Shown: one piece after another, positions 1-9,782 of the stretch
Layout: each line of letters opens with the position of its first letter
How positions within the stretch are numbered: position 1 is the stretch's first letter
Assembly: GCA_964514965.1 (NCBI GenBank)
Contig: CAZETV010000001.1
Location: 510,001 to 542,000, forward strand
Length of the DNA stretch: 32,000 nucleotides
Reading direction: 5' to 3'
Origin: Candidatus Hadarchaeota archaeon
GTDB lineage: Archaea > Hadarchaeota > Hadarchaeia > Hadarchaeales > Hadarchaeaceae
Program-made: the position numbers and the translations under genes
Notes under the pieces: model-generated
Databases searched by the model: none
Seen by the model: the letters and a program-made list of their open reading frames with translations, nothing else
What the model was told of the DNA's origin: nothing

Positions 1-1487
1 GGGTCTACACGATATTTTTTTACTATATCTTCAAACAGGACAACATTTTCTGAAAGGCTTATGCGGCCGGCTAAATTTTGACTCAGGCGATATTCTTTGA
101 TAAATCGCTTAACTTTATTTTCAGGAAGTTCCGATAGTTTACTTTTTATCCTGTTTAATCTATCTCCACTAATTGGAATTGGCGGGATGTCCGTTTCCGG
201 GTACATTCGCTCTGCACCCGGCAGCGGGCGCATGAATTCTGTGTTTCCATCGCGCAGAGCTCGGCGTGTCTCCTCCGGTACACCTCGGAGTGCTTGGTTC
301 GCCCTATCTACAACAGCTTTTAACGCAATTTCTGTTCTTTCTTTATCACCTACCACGAGCACGACGGCATCGTACTCCGCAGCTCCGATCGTGCTTCTCA
401 GTTTATCGGTCTCTTCTTCTGAAATTCCATACCCGGGCAGCTCATCCGTGTGGAAAATGCCTCCAACCTTTCCGTAAAGTCTTGCATGGTCCGCGAGTTC
501 CGTGCCAAATCTACGTCCCGGTTGAAGTTCCCTGCCGAGAATACTCGCAAATTTGGGTAATTTTACTGCGAGCGCCCTCCCTCCAGTTCCAATCTCCCCG
601 CGGACGACGCCGGAATTGGTACAGGAAAAAATCTCTGTGACATCGGTGCCCTTCCATTCCACTTTTTCTACTCCCCTTCGTCTCAATTCATCACGAATTT
701 CCAGTAGGACAAGCTGTCTTTTCACCTCTCGCTTGATAACCTCAGAGATCAGCGAGAGTTCCTGCACCCCTTTAATCTCCTGACGTGCACCGTCTGCGAC
801 TGAGATGTTTATGTCCTGACGAATAGTCCCAATCCCCCGCTTGACCTTCCCGGTTGCCCGTAGAATCTGTCCGATATGCAGAGCTGCCTTCGCTGGTGTC
901 TCGGGGTCTGAGAAATCCGGTCCGGTAGCAATCTCGACGAGCGGAATGCCCAGCCTATCCAGCCGGTAATTCGCGTACTTTGTATTTTCATCCATCTTCC
1001 TAGCAGCATCTTCCTCCAGACAGATTGTTGATATCCTGAAACTCTTGCCGTCGGTCTCAACCCGCCCATCTAGGGCTACTAAGGCAGTACGCTGGAAACC
1101 GCATGTGTTACTGCCATCTATTACTATCTTGCGCATCGTGTGAACCTCGTCTACCTGCTTGGCCCCGAGCAGTAACGCCACCTCAAGGACTATGTTGAGC
1201 GCTTCCTCGTTGATGGGGTGTGGTGGTTCATCATCCAGCTCTACAAGACACGTGCTGTCTGGATAAACTTGATACACAAACCCTTTACCTTTCAGAACTT
1301 CTGCCAGCGCGGCACGGTCCACTGCCCCCATCTCACTCTGTGTCGGGCGCAGTCTCCGCATCACCTTCAGCGACGGTTCCTCCTCGCGCAGTATTGAGGG
1401 ACAGTTACAGAACAGCTTGTGGGTATGGAGTTCCTGATGTATTTCAAACCCGACACGCAGGCCGAGTTTTTCGTATCTAAGCGCCAT
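1..1487 (-). CDS. gatE: Glu-tRNA(Gln) amidotransferase subunit E (archaeal GatE), C-terminus beyond the left edge
   Basis: Manual minus-strand translation from ATG at 1487: MALRYEKLGLRVGFEIHQELHTHKLFCNCPSILREEEPSLKVMRRLRPTQSEMGAVDRAA...MRKIVIDGSNTCGFQRTALVALDG...YRLDRLGIPLVEIATGPDFSDPE. GatB/GatE family signatures; frame open to position 3. Not in the ORF track because there is no stop in the window. Confidence 0.93.
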   Translation of the reverse strand, partial: MALRYEKLGLRVGFEIHQELHTHKLFCNCPSILREEEPSLKVMRRLRPTQSEMGAVDRAALAEVLKGKGFVYQVYPDSTCLVELDDEPPHPINEEALNIVLEVALLLGAKQVDEVHTMRKIVIDGSNTCGFQRTALVALDGRVETDGKSFRISTICLEEDAARKMDENTKYANYRLDRLGIPLVEIATGPDFSDPETPAKAALHIGQILRATGKVKRGIGTIRQDINISVADGARQEIKGVQELSLISEVIKREVKRQLVLLEIRDELRRRGVEKVEWKGTDVTEIFSCTNSGVVRGEIGTGGRALAVKLPKFASILGRELQPGRRFGTELADHARLYGKVGGIFHTDELPGYGISEEETDKLRSTIGAAEYDAVVLVVGDKERTEIALKAVVDRANQALRGVPEETRRALRDGNTEFMRPLPGAERMYPETDIPPIPISGDRLNRIKSKLSELPENKVKRFIKEYRLSQNLAGRISLSENVVLFEDIVKKYRVD

Positions 1488-1600
1488 ATCACCGCCCGAT
1501 CAATTTTTGATTGTGTAATATTTCAGTAAATAGATTGACCCACCCATCCCAATACTCTAACTTTTTAGGAAAAGATAGTTGCGTCTAATGAGGGACGAAC

Positions 1601-2506
1601 TTGGACGAAATGGTCAAAATAGCCCTGATTCCGGCCCTGATGTTTTTGGGCATCGCGCTGAAGAAGACCAAGCTGGGCCTGAAGGCCTCGCATCTAGAGT
1701 TATTAATCATCTATTTCACCGCCCCTATATTGATGTTCACAGAGATGCTGAAAATAGAACTCGACAGCTTTTCTCTCGGAAGCATCGCTGGGGTATCCTT
1801 GGCTTTCTTAGCGCTCTGTTTCTCGGTGAGCTATGGGTTATCGAGAAAATTCACGGGGCGAGCAAAGGGCACAATAGTTTTCAACTCAACTTTTTTTAAC
1901 TCGATGTTCCTGCCATTTCCGCTAATTTACGCGTTCTACGGTGACCTTTCCATCGCCTTACTCTTCAGCCTGCCGATATTGATCGTTCACAATACCCTCG
2001 GGATATTCTTGGCGTCGTACTGGGGGCACGGAAAGGTCGGAAGGAAGGTCTTGATTCGCGCGATTACTTTTCCACCACTCATAGCGTTTTTCGTCGGAGC
2101 GTTGGCGAGACCGATGTTCGCCAGCTTTGTTCTCAGTCCGGTATTTGGTGGGTTAAGCGACTTGGGTCTATCAACCGTTTACTTGAGCTTAATCTTCGTT
2201 GGCTTGGCCATCCCACTCTCAAAGGATTCATTGTTTGTGTTTCGCAATCGTGTCACCAGCATCATCACGCTGAACCGACTGTTGATATCGCCCGCGCTTG
2301 CGCTGATTTTAATAGCAGTTCTAAACCCGATTGAAATCACGAAAAATACTCTCCTTATAATGTCCCTCATGCCGCCAGCCTTCACTAACTTAATCATAAT
2401 CTCAAGATTCGGCTTGAACGTAAAAGCGACTTCTCAGAGCATCTTTCTGCCCACACTCATGAGTCTGGGAATAGTGTTCGCGCTTAGATTTTTTGTCCTT
2501 ATTTGA
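1601..2506 (+). CDS. AEC (auxin efflux carrier)-family permease; start may be ATG at 1610
   Basis: 301-aa hydrophobic protein with multiple TM segments and N-terminal 'IALIPALMFLGIALKK', 'FNSTFFNSMFLPFPLIYAFYG'-type motifs of the AEC family. Confidence 0.72.
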   Translation: MDEMVKIALIPALMFLGIALKKTKLGLKASHLELLIIYFTAPILMFTEMLKIELDSFSLGSIAGVSLAFLALCFSVSYGLSRKFTGRAKGTIVFNSTFFNSMFLPFPLIYAFYGDLSIALLFSLPILIVHNTLGIFLASYWGHGKVGRKVLIRAITFPPLIAFFVGALARPMFASFVLSPVFGGLSDLGLSTVYLSLIFVGLAIPLSKDSLFVFRNRVTSIITLNRLLISPALALILIAVLNPIEITKNTLLIMSLMPPAFTNLIIISRFGLNVKATSQSIFLPTLMSLGIVFALRFFVLI

Positions 2507-2546
2507 AAAGTGGATTCTGATATTTACGAACCTATCCCAAGCGCGG

Positions 2547-3284
2547 TTATTTCGGCAGCGAGGAAAGCAGTTTGTTTTCCCAAGCGACTTGATGGTTGAA
2601 ATGGTTGTTCGGGTCTACTATTAAGGCATACAGCCAGTAGACGCCGAAAATACCCATTGTCAATATGGTCAACACAAGATAGAGGATTACATTTCGATCC
2701 GGAATCGAATGAAACCGGCGTGGCATTTCTAAAGCTACGATGGGTCCAGCGGCTTTTTTCAAATCTTCCAGAAAGAAGTCCTCACGCCTTTCGTGACGGT
2801 AAAAGTCTCTCATTAGAAAATATGCCACATACAAAGCGACGAAGGGTATGAAAAAACATAAAATAGCCCATAGGAAGGCTGGTTGCTCCTTCTCACTTAG
2901 TCTTGCCTCTCTGGTGCTTCGCTCAGCGGAGGCCAACTTATCTTCAATTTTGGATCTCTTTTTCCCAGCCGATGAGGTGAGAACTCCGACTACATCTTCT
3001 TCCAGCAGTTGATGGCGCTTGAAGTGTTCATTCCTGCGCTTGATTAGCCTGTAAATTAGGATTAGTAGCGATAGAGCACCCATGATGCCTATCAAGGCAA
3101 CAACCACGAAGAAGATAGCATTGGTCAGAATAATTCTCATAGGGACCTGCCACCCCCAAATTAAAAATCCTACAACCGCCATACTTGCTGCTGCGAAGAA
3201 TAGAAGCGGAACGAATGTCCATAACGGTGAAATCACTTTGTCAGTTCCACCACGCATTCGAACACTTTGTTTTAACCTCTCCAT
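2547..3284 (-). CDS. Multi-TM membrane protein with DUF4234-like C-terminus
   Basis: Several hydrophobic helices; C-terminal 'NVILYLVLTILTMGIFGVYWLYALIVDPNNHF' resembles DUF4234. Confidence 0.5.
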   Translation of the reverse strand: MERLKQSVRMRGGTDKVISPLWTFVPLLFFAAASMAVVGFLIWGWQVPMRIILTNAIFFVVVALIGIMGALSLLILIYRLIKRRNEHFKRHQLLEEDVVGVLTSSAGKKRSKIEDKLASAERSTREARLSEKEQPAFLWAILCFFIPFVALYVAYFLMRDFYRHERREDFFLEDLKKAAGPIVALEMPRRFHSIPDRNVILYLVLTILTMGIFGVYWLYALIVDPNNHFNHQVAWENKLLSSLPK

Positions 3285-3363
3285 CCGGGCACGCTACCGG
3301 CTAACATTTGGCTTTGAAAGATCATAAATTATGGTTATCACTAACGCTTACCAAAGTAGCAAA

Positions 3364-3736
3364 TCAACTCAGTTTTTTAATGGCTTCTTTAATCATTTCT
3401 TTTGGTGGATAAGGGTATTGTTTTCCTTTATAGGAATAGATTCTGCATCCATCTTTGCATTCTTGTTCGACGGATTCAATTTTTTTCTTTTGCACGTTCA
3501 GTGAGTTCCTCACAAGACAAACATTGCCCCTTGCTAACTTTTTCCTGTATATCCTTTCCATTTATTCTGACGGTGGGCGAGCTAACGAAGTTATATTTCC
3601 TCGCCTTTTCATCTGCATCAATTAAAATTTCTTCTACTTCAGTTTTTACCCCAAGTTCTCCTAAACTTTCTTTGACTAATTTTTTAGTTTCCACACAACA
3701 ATGACAATTTAGAATATACAAAAGTTGAACTTTCAT
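3364..3736 (-). pseudogene. Small thioredoxin-like/DUF2703-like protein, split by an apparent frameshift
   Basis: 3476-3736 encodes MKVQLLYILNCHCCVETKKLVKESL...SSPTVRINGKDIQEKVSKGQCLSCEELTERAKEKN*. The overlapping ORF 3364-3561 contributes ...KKKIESVEQECKDGCRIYSYKGKQYPYPPKEMIKEAIKKLS, the expected C-terminus. The frames meet at a T7 homopolymer (3480-3486, A7 in sense). Confidence 0.6.
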
Positions 3737-3851
3737 CTTTATCCACCCGTGTATTCTAGCCCCATACGAACGCCCACTCAGTTTTGATGATGAAGTATTT
3801 TAGTAAATAGGTTAAACTGCTTGCAACTCAAACTGATAATAATCTAAAAAA

Positions 3852-5069
3852 TCAAAATTGGATTATGTCGTCATCGTGGTATAACGATATGAACAGGGCG
3901 AGGTAGTCACGGATATGCCTAGTGATGAGGAAGTTGTTTTTTATGTGTTTCCTACCATTCAGCCCGATGGTCCTAGCATATTCAGGCTCGTTCAGCAACA
4001 TCCTCAAGTAGTGCGCGGTTCCTTCGACCGAATACGTGAGAAATCCGGAGTATCCGTGAACCACCTGTAGAGGGATGCCTCCCACAGCGGACGCCACTAC
4101 TGGCCTCGCTTTCCACAACGCCTCGGCTACGGTCAGGCCGAAACCCTCTTTCAAAGATTTCTGGAGGATAACCGTAGACATCTTTTGCAAGGCGTTGATC
4201 TCTATGTCGCTTGCAGGCGGGAGAAAGATGACGTGAATATCTGGATCATCGGCTGACGCGGATTTCACTTCCTCGTAAACTTTGAACCCCTCGGGATCGT
4301 CTGGGGCACTGCCGCCAGCGAGAACGAGCTGGCAGCCAAATTGTCTTTTAACCTTTCTGTAAGCATTTATTACTCCGATGGGATCTTTCAAACGGTCGAA
4401 GCGAGAGACCTGAGTTATTATCGGTCTTTCTTTGTCTATTCCAAAACGTTCAGCCACCGATTCCACGAACTCCTTAGGCAACTCCTTGTTTTTGTCGCTC
4501 AGAGGGTCTATCGAAGGAGGTATCATGAACTGAGAAATATTCAAATCCGCGGAAAAAGCCGGGGCCGAGAAAACTGCGCAATCATAATTCTTAATGTAAG
4601 ACTTCAAGAAATCCATTATATCGGGTTTCGGTCGGGAGAGATCGATGTGACATCTCCAGACCCACTTTTTATCTTCACTTTTCTTCTCCACAAGGGCTAT
4701 GGGCTGAGGGTCATGGATGAACATCACGTCCCCGTAGAACTGCATCCCCCCCGCATTCTGGAGGTTTACCTGCCGGAAGTATTCTAGGTCTTCCTCCGAG
4801 ACATCCACATCCATCCCGTGCAGAGCATTGTGGATTTTTTTCGTGACGCCGAAGAATTTTTCGTTTCCCTTTATGACATCCCACCTCACATCCACCCCGA
4901 GCTGTTTCATGAGCGGAACCATCCTAGTCAATATCTCTGCGACCCCGCCGCCAACTGACGTCGAGTTGATGTTCTGGACCACTTTGCCCTTCAATTTTTC
5001 CGCCAAGAGGTACAGCTCGTCGATTTTTGCCTGACCGACTACGGCAGCGTAATCATCAATTCTTTGCAT
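3852..5069 (-). CDS. treT: Trehalose glycosyltransferring synthase-like GT4 glycosyltransferase
   Basis: 405 aa; N-terminal 'VVQNINSTSVGGGVAEILTRMVPLMKQLGVDVRWDVIKGNEKFFGVTKKIHNALHG' and C-terminal 'LQKSLKEGFGLTVAEALWKARPVVASAVGGIPLQV' typical of TreT. Confidence 0.85.
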   Translation of the reverse strand: MQRIDDYAAVVGQAKIDELYLLAEKLKGKVVQNINSTSVGGGVAEILTRMVPLMKQLGVDVRWDVIKGNEKFFGVTKKIHNALHGMDVDVSEEDLEYFRQVNLQNAGGMQFYGDVMFIHDPQPIALVEKKSEDKKWVWRCHIDLSRPKPDIMDFLKSYIKNYDCAVFSAPAFSADLNISQFMIPPSIDPLSDKNKELPKEFVESVAERFGIDKERPIITQVSRFDRLKDPIGVINAYRKVKRQFGCQLVLAGGSAPDDPEGFKVYEEVKSASADDPDIHVIFLPPASDIEINALQKMSTVILQKSLKEGFGLTVAEALWKARPVVASAVGGIPLQVVHGYSGFLTYSVEGTAHYLRMLLNEPEYARTIGLNGRKHIKNNFLITRHIRDYLALFISLYHDDDIIQF

Positions 5070-5709
5070 ATTTGCTTACCATCTTGATGAGTTTTTTACG
5101 GAGCCCATTCAGAGTAATCGTGTAGATGCTCAATCCCGAAATTTCCTCCGCCAATTTTTCCTCTCCAATGCCGCGGAACCAAGTTGCAAAATCGCTTGCG
5201 CCCCTCCGGAGGCGCATCGGCGCTTCGAACATGTGGAAGTAGATGGAGTGGATGCTTATCTTATCCAAGACCTCGACGAACTCTTTCAGGTTACTAGCTA
5301 CGTAGAGTGTGGGCAGTATGATAGTTATGCAACTTGAGAAATGAAATTCATGGCCTTCCGGACAGTCGGCGATGCGTCTTCCTTTGGATATGTATTCTTC
5401 CAAAATCTTGATAAATTCCGATCGCACTTCCTCCATTTCTTTAAAGCTCATTATGTCTACGCTAGCAAAAAGTTCCCCCAAGTCTTTTTGGTTGAGGATA
5501 TTCGACAACCAATACGCGAAATCGTTTGGCGGCTCGGGGGACAGGTAGTGATGTTTTTCTAGGAAATGGTGGGTATGGTAGTATATCGAACTTGTGGGCA
5601 CCTTTTTTAACCCCTCTAATAATTCAACTGGATTTCTCGCCCTTATCCCGAGTAATCTGACTAGATGAAAATGGGTGTAGAATTTAAACGGGCCACTCAT
5701 TTTTCTCAT
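5056..5709 (-). CDS. DUF5752-like protein overlapping treT
   Basis: 217 aa: 'FKFYTHFHLVRLLGIRARNPVELLEGLKKVPTSSIYYHTHHFLEKHHYLSPEPPNDFAYWL'. Its stop overlaps the treT start by 14 nt. Confidence 0.6.
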   Translation of the reverse strand: MRKMSGPFKFYTHFHLVRLLGIRARNPVELLEGLKKVPTSSIYYHTHHFLEKHHYLSPEPPNDFAYWLSNILNQKDLGELFASVDIMSFKEMEEVRSEFIKILEEYISKGRRIADCPEGHEFHFSSCITIILPTLYVASNLKEFVEVLDKISIHSIYFHMFEAPMRLRRGASDFATWFRGIGEEKLAEEISGLSIYTITLNGLRKKLIKMVSKYAKN

Positions 5710-5819
5710 CTTTAAAGGAGGGACTCAAGGTGCCATAAATTTTGCGCAAATTGCTTGCCAGTCGGGAAAAATAATTTTCTTGCGACTTGCCACGAGGTGT
5801 TTCTCTTTAAATATGTCCC

Positions 5820-7160
5820 TCAGGGAAGAGTAAAAGCTGGCTTCAGGAAAACATCGGGTCTGGTCCTGGGGGTGATTTCGCCGGCAATGTTGCTCTGCAT
5901 AATTTTTGAGACTTCTTCAATTTTTTCCACATGGGCGAGTGTGAACATGAGTTTCACGTAAGCTGTCTCCGGAAGCATATCATCGCCGGGTATCACGCCC
6001 AGCTGGAGCAGGTCACGACCAGTCGAATAGACCTTCATGTCGACCCTCCCCCAGAGGCACTGAGAGGTCATCACCACGGGCACTCCATTCGCAACGGCGT
6101 GCTTTACCCCGCCAAACAGGGATTCCGGAACGTGCCCCAGCCCGGTTCCCTCGAGCACGATGCCCTTGTCCCCTGCCCTGAGCATTCCCTCGATGACACT
6201 CGAAGGCATTCCCGGCGTGACCTTCAGGAGCGCAACCTTGGGTTCGAATTTTCCATCCACCTCCACTTTACCTTTCAGGCTCGCGTGGTTGTAGTCATCG
6301 CGGAAAAGCTTCAGTTCACGCTTGCTGACTTTTCCTATCGGGATGTCGTTGATACTCATAAAGGTGTCGCGGCGACTCGTGTGACATTTTCTAACTTTTG
6401 TCCCACGGTGAATCAAACAGAAATCGTCCTCCGCTGAGCCGTGCATCACCACGCAAACTTCCGCAATGTCGGACTTGCCAGCCACCGTCACGGCCGATAT
6501 CAAGTTGAAGGCCGCATCGCTGCTGGGCCTGTCCGAAGAGCGCTGGGACCCCACTAGCACGACTGGCCGGTGGAGCCCCTTGAGCATGAAACTGAGCGCC
6601 GCCGCAGTGTAGCCCATGGTGTCGGTGCCGTGGGCGACCACCACGCCGGATGCCCCTCTATTTATCTCCTCCGCGATAGCCTTGCCGATTTTAACCCAGA
6701 GTTCAGGAGTCATGTGCTCGCTGAAGACGTTGCAGACCTCCACGACCTTGACGTTCGCAAGTTCCGCGAGCTCGGGTACCGCGCTGTAGATTTCCTCGGG
6801 TGTGAAGGCCGGGAAGACCGCGCCCGTCCTGTAATCGACCCTGCTCGCTATCGTCCCACCCGTGCCTATTATCGTTACGTTTGACTTCGACGGGTCGGGT
6901 TTGAGTTCGAGTTTTGGGACGCTGAGTTTTGGGGGTTTCCCACACTCAAGCAGCTCGATTTTTGTGCCAGTACCCATCTTTACACCCAAATTGTACCCAC
7001 TCGGGAGTTTGAGAACTAGGTGATTTGGGTCTCCGAGTTCGGTGCGGGGCATCAGCACGCCTTCGTAGCTTCTTCCGGCTTCCTTTACCTTTATCCGGTC
7101 CCCCACTTTCACGGAGGCCACCTTCAAAAGTCGCTGAGCCCTGCCCCTGTATCCGGACAT
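5820..7160 (-). CDS. gatD: Glu-tRNA(Gln) amidotransferase subunit D
   Basis: 446 aa; asparaginase-type motifs 'VTIIGTGGTIASRVDYRTGAVFPAFT', 'VVAHGTDTMGYTAAALSF', 'GSQRSSDRPSSDAAFNL'; GatD N-terminal domain present. Confidence 0.94.
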   Translation of the reverse strand: MSGYRGRAQRLLKVASVKVGDRIKVKEAGRSYEGVLMPRTELGDPNHLVLKLPSGYNLGVKMGTGTKIELLECGKPPKLSVPKLELKPDPSKSNVTIIGTGGTIASRVDYRTGAVFPAFTPEEIYSAVPELAELANVKVVEVCNVFSEHMTPELWVKIGKAIAEEINRGASGVVVAHGTDTMGYTAAALSFMLKGLHRPVVLVGSQRSSDRPSSDAAFNLISAVTVAGKSDIAEVCVVMHGSAEDDFCLIHRGTKVRKCHTSRRDTFMSINDIPIGKVSKRELKLFRDDYNHASLKGKVEVDGKFEPKVALLKVTPGMPSSVIEGMLRAGDKGIVLEGTGLGHVPESLFGGVKHAVANGVPVVMTSQCLWGRVDMKVYSTGRDLLQLGVIPGDDMLPETAYVKLMFTLAHVEKIEEVSKIMQSNIAGEITPRTRPDVFLKPAFTLP

Positions 7161-7266
7161 CGCTATCAGCTTACGGTAATGCGCTGGGGCTTAAATCGAT
7201 AGCTCTCGCAAGCCATCAACTGCACTAGCGGCAAAAACAGTTCAAATTTTCTTTTCAAAGAAAAAG

Positions 7267-9141
7267 TCAGAACTTGTCCGGAGAGATGTAATCCCCATAT
7301 TTTTCTCTTGCCTTGTTTAGCCTCTGTTTCTGTTCTTCCAACAATTTAAACAAAATTTGTGGTGTGTCTGAAATTTTCTTGTATATCTCGATTATTCTAT
7401 CAATCTTAGCCAAATTTTCCGATACCCGCAACGTGAATTGTTTAAGGTAATCCTTCTTTGAATAGTCCCGACCGAGAACTTCCTTGAACAGTTTTTTGAG
7501 GTCTTGATATTTTGGTATAAGGCCAGTGGGTGTTTCTATCGCTTCAACTTCTTTGTGCGCGCGTAATTCCATCCATTTGAACCAGACTGCTTTATCAGCC
7601 TTGCTATTCATGAAATTTCCTTTGGAGTCTTTCAGAAAGTAATTCACAGAAAAGATAAGAGGTGGATTCTTAAAGCTAGCGCCGAACTTCAGGTGCTTTT
7701 CTATGTACTCACCTATGGATACGGATAGGAAGTCCAGATTTGACATGGGATTGAAATTTCTCACACCTTCTTCACCCAAGGTTGCGGCTGTAGTTTCTGA
7801 CTCCAGCGATGCACCCTTGGTTATCACACCATGCTCCCAATTGAAAGATTCCTCAACTGGTACCCAAGTGTCCGAATCTCTTCCCCCGTAAATTATCCCC
7901 TTCACTACGACACCTTCGGGATTGTTTATTTCGGGGTCAATATTCTCTAAAAGCTTCAAATCAAGCGTGAACCGAGCATTTCTGTGTGAAGGTGGTATTT
8001 CATTACCTTCTGAATCTTTCTTTCCGGGGATCCATTCCCCCGAGTGATTGATACCTTTTCTCGGAGCTTCCCCATCCTTACCAATCCAGTAGGCGTCTTT
8101 CTCTTCAGTAACCAACACATTTGAAAAAATAATCTCGCCCGGGTTATTTAGTGTCTTCCACAGTATTGTGTCGTCCCTAGAGTTTATGCCTTGTATTATT
8201 CCAAATATTCCCTTTTCAACATTGACCGCGCGTATTTCTCCACCCTTTTTCATTAAATAAGCTATATCATCCCCAACTATCGTCTCTCCTTCAAGCATCG
8301 ATGTAGAAGTCTTTCCACAGAGGGAAGGAAATGCTCCTGTGAAATAACTTACTCTACCTTTTGGACCGTGCACCCCAATGATAAACATGTGTTCTGTCAG
8401 CCAACCCTCCTTTAACGCCAGATTTATTGCCAGACGCATCGCTAATTTCTTAAGTCCAATCGTGTTGCCGCCGTATTGGGTGTTCGCGCTATAAACTACA
8501 TTCTCTTGGAGATCGATGTATATCCTGCGTTTGTCGACATTTTTACTCACCCCGTTTTCAAGCTCCCCTTCAGAATGCACAAACTTGAAGAACCGCTCGG
8601 ACTCACCCAATCTTTTGAATTCCTCGTACCCGGGCCTGTAAAGTAAGCTTTCACTGTGAGCCACATAGCTGGAATCGGTAAGCTGCACAGAGGGTATGGA
8701 AAATTCAGAATTTGTTGGCCCTAAAGAAAAGAATAACACGTACAATTTGTGCCCCTGCATGATATTTTTTAAAATAGCACGAATTTCTTTTAGGCCCTCC
8801 TCTTTATCTATCACGTTTATGTTAGGGCCCAAATCAACGCCCCTAGGTAGAAGAAATTTAGTATTTTTCTTGTCTCTGGCCTGATCGTAATAGCTCTCGA
8901 AATGAAAGGTGTGCCCCTCTATAGCAAGTTCTTTTTCCTCCTTGGACATTATCGCCTCTTCCCTGATATGTTGGATATCCTCTGGCGAGCCAGTACAGAC
9001 AAAACTTTCATCGGGATTACAAAGTTCCACGTACTCAGCAATGAATTGATGAAGATTTGAATTATTTATCCCAGCAAGTTTCTGGTAATTTTTTTCGCCC
9101 AACCTATTTTTGAGTATATCCACAGTCTTTTTGTCCACCAT
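7267..9141 (-). CDS. pckG: Phosphoenolpyruvate carboxykinase (GTP)
   Basis: 'FPSLCGKTSTSMLEGETIVGDDIAYL', 'FFSLGPTNSEFSIPSVQLTDSSYVAHSE', 'HPNARFT'-like 'SHRNARFTLDLK'. The ATG at 9141 (MVDKKTVD...) has GGGGAG just upstream and is preferred over the listed 9162 start. Confidence 0.93.
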   Translation of the reverse strand: MVDKKTVDILKNRLGEKNYQKLAGINNSNLHQFIAEYVELCNPDESFVCTGSPEDIQHIREEAIMSKEEKELAIEGHTFHFESYYDQARDKKNTKFLLPRGVDLGPNINVIDKEEGLKEIRAILKNIMQGHKLYVLFFSLGPTNSEFSIPSVQLTDSSYVAHSESLLYRPGYEEFKRLGESERFFKFVHSEGELENGVSKNVDKRRIYIDLQENVVYSANTQYGGNTIGLKKLAMRLAINLALKEGWLTEHMFIIGVHGPKGRVSYFTGAFPSLCGKTSTSMLEGETIVGDDIAYLMKKGGEIRAVNVEKGIFGIIQGINSRDDTILWKTLNNPGEIIFSNVLVTEEKDAYWIGKDGEAPRKGINHSGEWIPGKKDSEGNEIPPSHRNARFTLDLKLLENIDPEINNPEGVVVKGIIYGGRDSDTWVPVEESFNWEHGVITKGASLESETTAATLGEEGVRNFNPMSNLDFLSVSIGEYIEKHLKFGASFKNPPLIFSVNYFLKDSKGNFMNSKADKAVWFKWMELRAHKEVEAIETPTGLIPKYQDLKKLFKEVLGRDYSKKDYLKQFTLRVSENLAKIDRIIEIYKKISDTPQILFKLLEEQKQRLNKAREKYGDYISPDKF

Positions 9142-9199
9142 TTTTTCTCCCCTCTTTCTCAAACCCCCGACGTGTTTTAACCTTCTTCTTTATTAAAAC

Positions 9200-9237
9200 G
9201 TTAACCTTTTAAGCATTTTTGTTAACATTATGTTAAC
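9200..9237. promoter_or_regulatory. Three GTTAAC palindromes, probable regulator operators in a divergent promoter
   Basis: GTTAAC at 9200-9205, 9221-9226 and 9232-9237 (spacings 21 and 11 bp), each in AT-rich flanks, between pckG and the Lrp-family gene. Confidence 0.5.
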
Positions 9238-9246
9238 GGAATAAAA

Positions 9247-9723
9247 ATGAACGAATTAGAACAAAAAATACTGCTCCAACTTATAAAAAATAGTGAACAG
9301 CCCTTAACAGAAATATCAAAAAGAGTAGGGGCCTCAAGGCAGACCGTTGCTAAGAAGATAAAACAGCTAAAAGAAGAAGAAATTATTGCCTCCTTCAAGG
9401 CTAAGTTGAACCCAGAAAAATTTGGCTTGAATACGAAAGCTTACATTTTTCTACGTGAGGACCCGCTGGAAGAACTTAGGCAGAGAAATGAGACAACGAT
9501 TAAGCAATTTCATCAAATCACGGAATTTTACCGTTTATTCGGGAGATATAGTGCGATATTGGAAGTATTGGTCAAGGATGGCAAGGAACTAACCAAACTT
9601 GTAAAGCGGATTCACAGGCTGAAAGGCGTGAGAGAAACCGAAACTTTCATAGTACACAGCGCGGTGAAGAACGCGCCAGAAGCCCCTATTGTGTACGCCC
9701 TGAAACCGACGCTTGAGAAATAG
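9247..9723 (+). CDS. Lrp/AsnC-family transcriptional regulator
   Basis: 158 aa; N-terminal HTH 'LEQKILLQLIKNSEQPLTEISKRVGASRQTVAKKIKQLKEEEII' followed by an AsnC/RAM-like domain. Confidence 0.85.
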   Translation: MNELEQKILLQLIKNSEQPLTEISKRVGASRQTVAKKIKQLKEEEIIASFKAKLNPEKFGLNTKAYIFLREDPLEELRQRNETTIKQFHQITEFYRLFGRYSAILEVLVKDGKELTKLVKRIHRLKGVRETETFIVHSAVKNAPEAPIVYALKPTLEK

Positions 9724-9782
9724 CACATGCAGAAAATTAACCGCAAACGTGAAAGAGATCTCTAATCAAAACCAACTCACAA

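Noticed and set aside
97-2397. Track ORFs 97-477, 266-640, 553-783, 1220-1480, 1579-1899 (+) and 809-1069, 2179-2397 (-)
   Set aside because: Most lie in alternative frames of, or antisense to, gatE or the AEC permease, show no family-like sequence, and conflict with the strong coding frames. The gatE frame explains the first 1487 nt.
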